Shown here: positions 26,294 to 38,572 of the stretch, piece by piece
How the letters are laid out: each line of letters opens with the position of its first letter
Numbering within the stretch: position 1 is the stretch's first letter
From: Zancudomyces culisetae HAW-14-8
Lineage: Eukaryota > Fungi > Kickxellomycota
Assembly: GCA_052426225.1 (NCBI GenBank)
Contig: JBNJNM010000008.1
Coordinates: 1,364,001-1,428,000, forward strand
Length of the DNA: 64,000 nt
Direction: 5' to 3'
Translations under genes and position numbers: made by a program
Notes under the pieces: model-generated
What the model was told of the DNA's origin: nothing
The model's input: the letters and a program-made list of their open reading frames with translations, nothing else
The model's database searches: none

Positions 26294-28289
26294 ATGTCCT
26301 CCTTAGTTCACGGGCGCAATTTGAGCGTGTATACGACACCTCTTATACGAAACAAATTCAGACAATACAGTTCCTTAAAAGTGAGTTTTTACAAATAGGA
26401 ATTTTATTTTTTCTTGCTACAATTGAATCTGTACTCGTATTTTAGTTGGTAAGTAAACCGCGAATTGGAATAAAACTCTATCAATAATACTCTTGCATAA
26501 AACATAGTTGTCTGAAAGTACAGTCATACTTTCCAAGTCAATCGATCCTTTTATAAATTTGGCAACAGAAGAATGGTAATATACTAAAAACTTTTTTTTT
26601 TGATATAAAGCAGCTAAAACAGATATTGAGTATAAAATCTGCTGTTTTTATGAAATATAGGATTCTCAATAATAGCGGAGATAATACAACAATACTGTTT
26701 CTATATCGAAACAGGCCTAGTGTTATAATAGGCAGAAATCAGGTGAATCTTCTCAACTTTACTCGCATCCCTTCGATTAACAATAGTATAGACTCAGAAA
26801 AATACAACAATACAACTTTACATAGAATCCATGGAGAGAGTGCAACCTGAACCACATGCGGGAGCGTGGTATTCAGTTAGTTAGAAGAATAAGTGGAGGT
26901 GGTGCTGTGTACCACGACATGGGGAATACAAACTATTCAGTAGTAATGGCTCGTGATCAGTTTGATCGGGATAAGCATGCACTAATGGTTTGCAGGGCAT
27001 TGGAGAATTTGGATATATCCGCCTCGGTTAATAGTAAACATGATATAGTTGTAGACAAGTTCAAGGTATAACCGCATTACTTTATTTATCATATTCTCAT
27101 AATACTCTTACCTCAACAATAACTGGTATTCTTTTTTCAACATAGGTCTCGGGATCAGCGTATAAAATAGTTAGAAAAAGAGCATTTCATCATGGTACTA
27201 TGTTGGTGGATGTTAATCACGAAGACCTTTCAAAGAGTCTACATACGGATCAGGTATGGACCCTTTCAAGTTTTTATTTTTTGTCAACGCTTGTAGAGAC
27301 TCATTATTACTTTACCTGAATATAGAGGATAGTTGACGCAAAAGGTGTTGCTAGTGTACGAAGTAAAGTAGCAGGGCTTCGGGATTACTCATGGACAGTC
27401 GATCATCATACTTTATGCGAGTCAATAATTGAGCAGTTCGGCAGGATATACTCTTTTGGAACTAATGTACGCAACCAAATATACTTCTATTTAAGAACAT
27501 GTAGTATGTGGTGCATTTTTACTTATTTCTAATGCTAATTTTTTCGCTATGTAATCTATTTAGAGGTTCGAAATTGACGATACAATTCTAGACAAAAATA
27601 CGGAAGTTAAAGAGATAGTAGAAAAGTTAAAGGTAAGTCGGAAAATACCACCACCATCACCACCACCACCCTCGTTTTCCCAAATGCTCAGTTTTAGTGG
27701 CGACATAAATGATATCACAACTAACCATTTTTATTATATCTCGGTTGCTAGTCTCATGATTGGATGTATGGATCAACACCTGAATTCAGCTTACTCTACA
27801 CGATAGATATCTTGGGTTCTCCAGCTGTAACGAGTTTTAATTTTTTCTAACTTTTATTATATGAACTACCCAATTATATATGTCAGTTGATCATACACTT
27901 GTCTTTTTTTACTAAAAAGGTGTGTATAATGCTCTTATTTTGTTTTAGACCTTCAGTATGACTGTAAACAGGGGTGTTATACAAAGCTTGAGAATAAATG
28001 AGCTCGATTCCTCAGAATCAACAAAAAATTCGTTTCAAGACGCAACAAAAGCTCTCGAGTCGGTGTTAAAAGGTAGATCACATCATTTATTACTTGTTGA
28101 CTTTCTCTATTTGCCATTTATTTTTCACATAATTGATATTTTCGCCTGTGTTACGCTACTAACAAACGGCATGTTATAATTTTAGGCATTACTTTTTCAC
28201 GATGGGCAATGGATTTGGCTAAAGCCGATCATAAACTAGACACGCTTTCCGAGTTTATTTTTTACCATCTTACAAAGAATCTTCCATAG
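26294..28289 (+). CDS. AIM22: Lipoate-protein ligase A / lipoyltransferase (Aim22/Lip3/LIPT1 family), about 10 exons
   Basis: SIDPFINLATEEW / LFLYRNRPSVIIGRNQ / NPWRECNL...LVRRISGGGAVYHDMGNTNYS...KHDIVV / KVSGSAYK...FHHGTML / KGVASVRSKV / DWMYGSTPEF. The N-terminus looks like a mitochondrial presequence. Confidence 0.92.
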
Positions 28290-29029
28290 TTTGTTTTAGA
28301 TCAAGTTTGTTTATGGAATAATCAATCAAACGGTAATCGTTAATAACCAGGATATTTTGTGTGCAGGCTTTTATTAAATAATAAGTAATTTCATTTTTTT
28401 CCACAGTAATATAGTTACCAAAGTAAGAATCTGGTCACCCTTGCCAAGTATTACTTTCTTGAGAAAAACTTTGAGTAAACAAAATTTGGTCCGTTCTCAA
28501 CTTGTATTAAAATATTTTTTACAACCAGCCCTGAGTCCTGGCTAATGACATTCATACACTTTTTTGAAAGCAAAAAGGTAAATTACCTGGATTAGCACAC
28601 AACACCGGTTCCACAATCCTATTAATTCGAGCACTAGCAAATTGCATACAGCACCGCTTTAAAATCAAAATTTTATTACACTTACCCCTCCCTCCATTGA
28701 TGGTCTTAAAATGCTACGTAATCCGTATGTCCAAAAGTACAATTTATCGTTGCCAGCTCATACCAATTCGTGGAAAACTTGCGTAATGACAAAAACGAAA
28801 ATAAAGGACTTGTGACCAAAGTAGGAGCAATGAAACTGCGTTGATTAAATACACAATGCGGCTATTTGTGGTTCAGCATTAATTAAAACAAATAAATAAT
28901 GTAGCTCAGCCCAACGCCAACCTCGGATTTTTTAGGGTTGTGTGTATAAATGGACAAAGCGTTTCAACATTTTTTATTTTGCAAACACCAAGGTGTTACT
29001 AGAAAAATAAATAATAAAAAGCAAGTAAA

Positions 29030-30421
29030 ATGCAAGTATTTAGAGGACTGAACAGGAAACCAGGAGCTACTTTAGGGACATTCATCAAGGTAATTCTTTA
29101 TTCTGGAACAACAGCATCAGTACAGTACCTACATAAATAGAATGACAATTTTAAAATATGCAAATGTAACGTAATGCAAATATGAATAGAAATGCGAACG
29201 AGTACAGGCAAAAAGATACTTTAGCCTATACGATACAGAGGCAGAGCCGTTAAGGGGGATGACTGTGGGCGCACCGAACAGCAGCTTTCTCCACCAAACT
29301 GTTGCAAGCGTCAGAAAAGACAATGAATTAAAAGAAATTGGGGTGGCCGATAAAAGTACAAAGAAAATGAATTTGTGCCAGGCCGTTAATGATGCAATGA
29401 GGATAGCATTAGCAACCGATGAGACCGCAATGATATTTGGCGAAGATGTGGCATTTGGTGGTGTGTTTAGATGCACTTTGAATTTGGCTAAAGAATTCGG
29501 AGGAGACAGGGTATTTAATACACCGTTGACAGAGCAGGGAATAGCAGGATTTGGAATAGGAGTGGCAGCGGCCGGGCACACAGCTATTGCAGAAATACAG
29601 TTTGCGGATTATATATTTCCCGCATACGACCAGGTTAGTATAAACATTGTAGTAAAAAACCCACCCCCCCCATCCCATAGATAGTTACTTATAGAAACAT
29701 GAATAACAAATAATAGATAGTAAATGAGGCGGCCAAGTTTAGATACAGGTCAGGAAGTGAATTCGATGTTGGAGGCCTGACAATCAGAACACCAGCAATG
29801 GCTGTAGGGCATGGAGCATTGTATCATTCACAATCACCAGAAGCACAGTTTGCACATACTCCAGGGCTAAAAATAGTAATACCTAGGTCGCCTATCCAGG
29901 CCAAAGGGTTGCTGTTGTCATCTATCAGAGACAAAAACCCTGTAATATTTTTTGAGCCCAAGATACTCTATCGCTCGACAGTTGAACAGGTTCCAGAAGG
30001 TGATTATATGCTGCCACTATCAAAGGCACAGGTACTGAAAACCGGGAAAGACTTAACTGTAGTCGGGTATGGAACACAGATTTACGTCTTGGAAAGCGCT
30101 ATTCAGCTCGTAGAGAAAAACATGCCTGGTGTCTCTATAGAGCTTATTGATTTGCGAACCATCTTGCCATACGATGTAGACACACTTGTTACGTCTGTAA
30201 ATAAAACAGGAAGGCTACTTGTTGCTCATGAAGCACCAAAAACAATGGGTTTTGCTGCAGAAATAATTACTGAGATTTCCACAAGATGCTTTAACAGGTT
30301 GGAAAGCCCACCTGTAAGAGTATGCGGAAGAGATGTTCCCTTTGCCCTGATTTATGAGCAGCTTACCTTGCCTGACATTGTACGATGTGCTGATGCCATG
30401 ATGTCTGCACTTAAATACTGA
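29030..30421 (+). CDS. BCKDHB: Branched-chain 2-oxoacid dehydrogenase E1 beta subunit, 3 exons
   Basis: [11 protein letters not shown]...[14 protein letters not shown]...[18 protein letters not shown]...[17 protein letters not shown] / [13 protein letters not shown]...[13 protein letters not shown]...FFEPKILYR. Confidence 0.96.
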
Positions 30422-31799
30422 TATTTTGTTTCTTTTTTATATTTATTTCTCGCATTTTGCTTAAACCACTCTCGTCGTTTAATATACCTGCTTTTATTAT
30501 GCTATAATATATTTCTTTCAGTAGTAAATACCGATGGTAATCTTTGCATACGAACAATTCTCGTTTTTGATATTCACCTCTGCACCGATTTTTTTTTTAC
30601 CCTTACTAAATATTCACAAATATCGTTTTTATTTTTTTCCCCCGCCTAGTTGCATTGAAACTTGCGGAAAACCCATGACTTCCAGGTGTGTGTACAGAAT
30701 GTGCGACAAAATTTTTTGACTAAAGGTGTTTTATTGCCGGGCCAGGCTTTATACCCTCATATACTGCGTTTTTGTTAACAAAGGCTCATATCCAATAAGA
30801 AAGCACCCTGTATTATGTTTCGAAAGGGCCAAATTTCACAACCGCTGCCAATGTGTTAGTCAAAGTCATCAATTTAGAATTAACGATGTTGGTGTATTTG
30901 CTACGAACTTGGGCCAACTCGAACAGTCATATGAAATCAGCGTCAATCTAGCGTATCCAATGGGCCATCTATAAAAATGCTTATTTTGATGCCATGTTAT
31001 TTTGAAATTAACCTAAATTAGGAAAACCCTGGCGGTTTATTAGGGAAGCATGCATTTTGTGACATCTATCCTATTTCTGTCTACCGATTCTGTCAGAAAA
31101 AATAAATAAATCAGCGACGATTTCTATTTTATGGTAAGGTAAAAGTAAACTATTACATCTCTAAAAAAATAACACTTTAAATGTCGTTTGGGTACAAAAG
31201 TAGCCCAAGTCATGGTTATATATTGATTACATTAGAACTTGGCAACTTTCTTATTTTTTCTAAATTTCTTTAAGTGTTTAAATAAACTCACTTCTATTTA
31301 TTGCTAGAAAATATAGCATATTATTAGCATTAACGCAGGCCATATTGCAAAAGGAGTGAAGGACAAGGCAAACAACATAAGGGAGAGGAATTAAATAACA
31401 GCCTAACAACAGCAATAACAGAAACATAAAAACGTAAGTGTATGTTCTTTTTAAGTAATCTGCAAGCCCTTTTGTGAAGAGTAGTGATGTGTTATTATCC
31501 TCCAATTTTTTACAAAAATAATATTGATATTTGGATAAAATAAATAAAAACCAAGTGAATATACTATGATGCTAGTACCAAGCATGGTATGATGGATAAT
31601 AACACCTCTAAATGAGCTAATTAACAAGTATCATATACACAATAGTATTCACCATATTAACAAACCAACGCACAAAGAAAAGGCTAATAGAGAAAGATAT
31701 ACCAGCTTTGTCACGCCCAATGGGTATTTGTACTACTACCATAAGCACAACTAGGTTTGGCTATTTACAAAAGTGATTTAATCTAATTATATTTTAACC

Positions 31800-32646
31800 A
31801 TGGTAGGTATGTACACATAACTATAGTTATACTATATTCGTATATTTTTTTAAGCATTTATTATACAATGTTTGTATCAAATTGTGCCGGTACTTTGACA
31901 TATTTTGCTGGATACGTTTAGATGGAAATTGGTATTATTATCTGATTCCTGTTGTATTAATAATCGTTTATGGTATTTCACTAACAGGTAAAACTATGAT
32001 AAAACAGTATTTTATACACCAACACATCATACGCCTAAAACACAATCTTGTACACATAAACTCATAAATAGCAAACACCCGTAGAAACACGTATTATCGA
32101 GGAGGACGGGTGGCATTTATGTTTATTCAGATTGACCCACCATTACAAAAAACTCAAGTTCAACTATCCGCGTCTCAGCTAGATAAATATGAAGTGAAAA
32201 CCTGCTTATCACTGTTAAACAAATATAAAAAGGAGGAGCAGCAACAAAAAGACACGAGTGTCGCGGAAAACCCGGATTCTAAAAGTGTATCCTCAGTAGA
32301 AATCGATATAACGAGGCCCAAAAAACCTCGAAAGACATCCAAAGTTTTGGATAAGATGGAGTGGAAAGAGCCATTTGACGTATCCAGTGATTTTAAAAAT
32401 TACGCAGGAGGAGTCTTGTATCCATCATCTGCACACCCGAATTATGCTGGACAAACTTACACCTCTCATGAAGTCGATATCGCGAGTTCGGATATTGACT
32501 GTGCGATATGCTTTGATGTGATTAAAGACAGCGATCTAGTCAGAGAGATCCCCTGTAAGCACATCTTTCATAAGAATTGTATCGACACCTGGCTAACTTC
32601 ACGAGCGGGCGATTGTCCCATTTGTAGGTTGTCCTTGGCAGTTTAA
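31800..32646 (+). CDS. Single-pass membrane RING-H2 E3 ubiquitin ligase, 3 exons
   Basis: C-terminal CAICFD...IPCKHIFHKNCIDTWL...CPICR. A micro-exon ATGGTAG|gtatgt at 31800 plus a TM exon (DGNWYYYLIPVVLIIVYGISLT) splice in frame to the 32110 ORF. Confidence 0.8.
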
Positions 32647-32724
32647 TTTTAGTTTTAGTTTTAGTTTTAGTTTTAGTTTTAGTTTTAGTTTTAGTTTTAG
32701 TTTTAGTTTTAGTTTTAGTTTTAG
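32647..32724 (+). repeat. (TTTTAG)13 perfect microsatellite directly after the RING gene stop codon
   Basis: 78 nt read directly from the sequence. Confidence 0.97.
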
Positions 32725-33025
32725 TATCGCGTTATTTTATTTATTTTTATATTTATTTTTTACTTTACTTTTTTATTTTTAAAAAAGCGAGTGGTTCAGC
32801 TCAGATAAATGCACAGACCAAACCAAACCAAACCAAACCAACCCTGCCCATCGCAAATTATAACTAACTACAACACCACTAAAATTATAATTTAATTTGT
32901 TGGTTTGTAATAGCAGTTAAGATCAGTACAAGGCATCTTAAATAGATTAAATATACCATAGTCATCAACACTAACATTGACTAGAGAAAAAGTAATCAGC
33001 ACACCACTCTGAGTGGTTAACCTTC

Positions 33026-33868
33026 TTAGATGTGCACTGTATCTACAAACCCAACTAGAATATACCTACATCCCGCAGAAACGTCAAGGCCAGAATGCTC
33101 CATGCGGGCATCATGTACAATTGCATCTCCTATGTTATTTGGGTGGTAGGCGCGATCAAACAGCTTAAAATAAGTTCCACCGCCCTCAAAGTCGGTCTTT
33201 GGGTTGAGTAAAATATTAAAGCTCACTAAACATCCATCAGTATGTAGTACCAATCCTTTTTGTCCCTCTTTCGAATACTTGATTATAAATACATCTCTAA
33301 AAATCAAAAAATCTCTATCAATGTGGGTAAGTTGCGATACTATTGGAAACACCTTTTCGTCGATTCTCTCGTATATCAGCTCCTGTGTTCCTTTTGGCAG
33401 CTTATTTACTGGAACATCGGTTGTCGGAAATGAGGAATGTCTGGAAGAGTACCAACCCTCTTCTGTTAAAGACTCGTTGTCCAAGCCTCTTTGATGTTCT
33501 TTTAGATTAGTGTTTGCAACACATATTGCGTCATGTATTACACTTTGACATTCATCTTCTTTGAACACGTTTTCTACTAGTATTGGCTCTGCATTTCTCA
33601 ATGTGCGATAATTTGAACCGACTACATGCTCATTGGTAGATAAATTAAATAACAGCCTTTGTTTACTAAGAAGTTCTCTGCGACTATTTATCGTTGTTTC
33701 TTGCCCATCCCTCCCTTCTTCGGTGCTGTTTGTTTTACCATGAAGATTTAGTATGGTATTCACTTTTTCAATATGCTCCAATTTTCTAAACTCAAGGTAT
33801 TGAATTTCTTCTTTCGTCAATTCATCAAACAAATTAAATTCATTTTCTGCTTCTGCCTCTGCTGACAT
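33026..33868 (-). CDS. 2-oxoglutarate/Fe(II)-dependent dioxygenase (prolyl/lysyl-hydroxylase-like)
   Basis: FIIKYS..GQKGLVLHTD...SFNILLN...DFEGGGTYF...HSGLDVSAGCRYILVGF gives the HxD...H iron triad and the 2OG-binding Arg. Confidence 0.88.
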   Translation of the reverse strand: MSAEAEAENEFNLFDELTKEEIQYLEFRKLEHIEKVNTILNLHGKTNSTEEGRDGQETTINSRRELLSKQRLLFNLSTNEHVVGSNYRTLRNAEPILVENVFKEDECQSVIHDAICVANTNLKEHQRGLDNESLTEEGWYSSRHSSFPTTDVPVNKLPKGTQELIYERIDEKVFPIVSQLTHIDRDFLIFRDVFIIKYSKEGQKGLVLHTDGCLVSFNILLNPKTDFEGGGTYFKLFDRAYHPNNIGDAIVHDARMEHSGLDVSAGCRYILVGFVDTVHI

Positions 33869-34202
33869 TTTTTGTCCTATATACTATACTAATAACATTT
33901 ACTGAATTGTTAACTATTGCCTGAATGCTAGTTCATACAATTTTTTGAATTTGTTGTGGTATTTTTCAGATCTAACAAAGGAAAAATATAGCCAATAGTC
34001 CCTTGAAAATTTTTTTTTTTGCATTTTAGAAATCCATTTAGTGCTTGCAACTAAATCTTTTATACTGATTTGAAAAGGCAAAAAGTTCAATTAGTTATAC
34101 CCTTATTGTATTTTTTTCCTTAAAAGAGCGACAAGGAATAATCATTACATAAAGTTGTAATACCAAAGAGCTTTATATATAACTCGGCAAAAAGGTTCTA
34201 TA

Positions 34203-36171
34203 ATGAGTGCTGAAATACCAAAATTCAAAGGTAAAAACGTTTGCCCATGTTCATTGCGAATTTCATTTTCACAGTTTTTCTGTGTCTTTGGCTAAAAGAG
34301 CTGTGTGCTTAAAAGAATAATAATATATTGTTACTTAAGGAACACCGATTTTACGAAAATAAAAAATAGGCATCAGCGAAGTGTCAAAGGCAGATATCTG
34401 CATCAAATGCAAGGTTGAGGCCCCTAAGATTATTGTCAGGCAAGCCAAGTTCTGCAGGTACGTTTTGTTTTGTATTTGGTATAGCTATCATTGTAAATTC
34501 GTTGATAAAAATGCCATGGGCTGGTTCATAATGATTTGCGAAATCGGTGGTAATATTGAATGGGGTTTTTTTTTATGTTGCGATAACTCTTTTCGTACTA
34601 AAAACAGGAATTGCTTTATGCTGAATTTTGTCACGAAATTCCGAACAAATATAACAAGAACCGAAGCGCCAGTTCAAGGGGATAAAGCGACATTATTGAT
34701 TGGCGTCTCTGGTGGACAAAGTTCAGTTGCGCTATTGAATCTAATTAATGAGTTTCATTTCCCAGAATTTAGCAATCGAAAACAACAAAAGTTTAAGGAT
34801 GTAATCATTGGGCATATCGATGAAAGCTTGCTATTCCCTGTAAGTAAAACGCCAACTATACTACACACTATTAAAGCTACTTTTTCACAGATATTAATCT
34901 GATTCCGCCCACTCTCTAGGCTTCTGAAGAAGAGCGAGTTCAAAAAATATTTTCCGCTTATAAAATAAGGGCAATAACTAGAAGACTGCAAGATGTTTTT
35001 GATACTGAATACTACAAGGATTTTGTACAATTCGTTTCGCTTCATAAAAGTAAGAATGCAATCTCCCTCTTTTTTTTTTTTGTTTAACGATACCTGGGAC
35101 ATTTATTGTTTTTTTCCACCTTTAACACATCAAGCCGAAAAACATCTTTTTTTAAATATACTCTAGCACACTGACCAAAGAGATTAAATATTGTACTATA
35201 TAGATGGGCACCCGCTGTTTAAACGAACCAAAGCTGTTAAAGACTCTGGAGAGATGCTAAAGGAGTTTTTCAATTCAATTAAAACCAATTCAGGGCGTGA
35301 ATATATGCTGGAGAGAATAATAAGCGTTTTGCTGTTGGACATTGCAAGAGAAGCAGGGTAAGTTCAGTATTGTTTATTTACCCGAATTTATTTTTTCCCC
35401 AGAAGTACTTGGGTATTTCTACAAAAAAAATGATCAAGAGCCGGTGGGGAACCACAAACCTGTTTAATACATTTACAATTAAAAATTAGTTGTCAAGTGA
35501 TAGCAGTTGGAGATACTGCCAGCCGCCTAGCGGCAAAATCTATTTTATATACAGCGGAGGGCAGAGGTGTTCTTCTGCCATTTGAAATTTCGGGCGAATC
35601 CAAGTTGGAAAAGGGTAAGTTTTTTTATTTCTCTAGTATCAATACTAGCAACACTTGCAGTGCAAAATTAGCATATGGTGAGAACGGCGGTCATTAAACA
35701 AACGAACTATTGTGCATAGATGTTTATACTATAAAGCCTTTAAGGAGCGCATTGTCAAAGGAGGTTGCATTTTACAACAATGCAGAGGGTCTACAGGCGG
35801 CAATGATTCCAGCCTTTTCTACATTTGCCCTTCCTGGATCAAAGTTTTCGCTTGGGCACCTGACAGAATCGTTTTTAAACAATTTGAGCTGCGAATACTC
35901 TGCAACTACCACCACTATAACAAGTACCGTGTCCAAATTGAAACTAAGCGACGAGTTACTATCTAAAAGCAAGTGCCTGCTTTGCAATTCCTTTGTATCT
36001 GATTGCGACTGGAAATCCAAGTTTACCGTAGGATTAACAAACTCGGTGGTGCAGGATAATGATCCTGATGTTATTGATTTAAGTGGAAGGTTATGCTATA
36101 GCTGCCTTACTACTATTTCCGAAATTGAGCCTGGAACTGTCTTTCCTGGATTTTTTGAATGTTCTTTATAA
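34203..36171 (+). CDS. NCS2: Cytoplasmic tRNA 2-thiolation protein 2, about 7 exons
   Basis: CIKCK...FCR/NCF zinc site, LLIGVSGGQSSVALL, GDTASRLAAK...AEGRG, IKPLRSALSKEV, STTTTITSTVSKL-like segment, CLLC...LCYSC. Confidence 0.9.
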
Positions 36172-36758
36172 CCTGCCTTTGCTGCACATCACCCTTTCAC
36201 CATAGTCTTTTTTTTTTACTTTCTGATGTTAGTTTGTACTTTTTTTTGGTTTGCTAAGTGGGACTCTCAACTATTGTAAATAAAGTTTACTGCTAAAAAG
36301 AAAAAGAAAAAGAAAAACAGCAATCGACTCAGACTCAGTCCCTGGATAAGAGTTTTTTGTGCTTTTAGGTTTCTTCTTTCACTTTTTTGATCCCATGCAG
36401 GTTATCAACATTTGAAGAGCGATATAATGACTTTCACGCATTTCTGAAAACGCAGTAGGATAACTGGTATCACACTTTATTTATCAGCTCATTTGCTAGC
36501 CTTATATGCACGAAAAAATCGGGCAAACAAATTTTGAAATCATGCTTTGCAAAAAAACGCTGATTTTGGGTCGATTTGAAATGTATTTGGTTGGCTAAAT
36601 CCAATTCATGCAAATTAACAAAATGTAATAGGACAATATGGTAATAGGCAAGTCTAAACTGATAAGGCCATTATTATTCTTGCTATTTAAACAGCACTTT
36701 TGTTGTCGCAAATATAACTGATATATCTTCTGGTGTAACTCCATCAATAAAAACAACG

Positions 36759-37739
36759 ATGAATCTAACAATTCGATACCTCAAATCCCCTTATTTACTT
36801 TCAAGAGCGATGAAGGTCGAGAACTCTCGCTTTTTACAGGAAATGGTGGGTCAACGAGCAGGCAAAGGTGTCGCAAATATCATTTTTCGGCGGGAAATTC
36901 ATAGATGTTTTTCCACGAACTTTAGGGTACAACAAGCAAAAGCTATTCAATCGGACATTGAAAGAATAGATTTATCAAAATTTACAAAAGAAGAAAGAGC
37001 ACTGTTGGACAGATTTGTAAGGGTCGATCAAGCCGGTGAAACCACTGCTATTTGGATTTACAGAGGCCAGAACGCGATTTTGGGAAAAAACAAACATACT
37101 CGAGAACTTTTAAAGGTAAAACTACTTATGATGAATTTTTTAAAGCTGGCATGAACAAAAACAAACCAAAGAGATTCTCTGAGAAAATAATTTGGATATC
37201 AATATTACGATTTACATGCCATTTTTATACACGTTTTAATAATACTACCAACCCCCTACTTGCGCTGGGAAGACTCCGTTATAAGCGTATTTAGTTTACA
37301 ATTATATTAAAGCAATATACATGCCAAATAGCATATGGAAAGCCAAGAGGCGGAACATTTAGACAGTTTTAACAAGAAGATCACTACATACAATGCAAGA
37401 CCTACGATATTTCAACCTGCAGCAGCAGTAGGAGGGTTTTTCCTTGGCTCTGTAACTGCACTGATGGGGAAAAACGCAGCAATGGCGTGCACTGAAGCCG
37501 TAGAGACAGAAATCGGGCTTCACTACAACAACCAGCTCCGGGAGTTACTTCCCTTGGTGGATAAGTACCCCGAGTTGAAGAAATTGATCGATGACATTAA
37601 ACTATTTAGAGACCAGGAACTTGAGCATCTAGATACTGCAGTTGAACACGGGGCTCATCAGAGTATTGGATACACGGCAGTAAACCAGATAATTCGTAAA
37701 GGATGCAAAGTTGCCATTTGGATGGCTGAAAGGTTTTAA
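36759..37739 (+). CDS. COQ7: 5-demethoxyubiquinone hydroxylase (di-iron), 2 exons (intron 37116-37331)
   Basis: RVDQAGE...IYRGQ / HMESQEAEHL...ARPT...AAMACTEAVETEIGLHYNNQLREL...FRDQELEHLD. Confidence 0.96.
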
Positions 37740-38572
37740 TTTTTTTTTATGTTTGCACATTTTACACATGAACTCGTGTGCATTTAATGTGTTCATATAG
37801 ATAAAAGATATGGTGGTGGGCTGCTAGGGTTGTGATATAGTGTGAGCTGATTTTTAATGCTTTTTTTTTTTTTTGCTAATTGGCATTTTTAATGGTTATT
37901 TGGGGATATTATGGAAAGTAATTGACCAACAACGATATGATTATAGAATTACAACATCCCTAAACTAAGTGTAAGGAAGCGTGAATTCAATAAAATGTAG
38001 ACTAGCCAGGCTATTTCGAATATGTATACTTTGAAGACATGATGTAGTTCTTGGCAGATGTTGAGAGCATCTGTGATGGCAGTTTAGCAAAGAGTGAGAT
38101 TGTTGGGAAAAAAAAAGATTGTAAGCTGTAAATTAAGTTCAATTTCCAAGTAATTGGGAAGTATGATGCTTGAAAATTAAAAGTACAAATACATCATATT
38201 TTTTTTACAAACGAAACTTTGGCTCATATTGAAAAGGCGGTACTGTGGAAACATTCAAACTACTCAAAGATAGTGAAAGGGGGGCTACAACTGGTACGAG
38301 AGTTATATATAAAGGGGGACTGGAATCTTGCTTGCAAGAACTATATCTATAAAAGAATATAAAAGAACGGCTCGAATCTGTTTCATCTACATTTTAGCTA
38401 ACAACAGAATCAAATATAACCATAAAATATATTCTTGATTGTATTATTTATCAACACAGAACACGTGTAACTATAAAGCGGTAGATTATTATTGAAAAAG
38501 AAAGTGATAGAAAGAATTATACCATAAAAAGGTGGTTTTTGAGAGTGGTTGAAAGTTATTAAAATAAACAAA

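Noticed and set aside
32647-32724. (TTTTAG)n as a telomeric or interstitial telomeric repeat, or a CRISPR array
   Set aside because: It lacks the G-run of known telomere repeats, has no spacers, and other microsatellites are common nearby.
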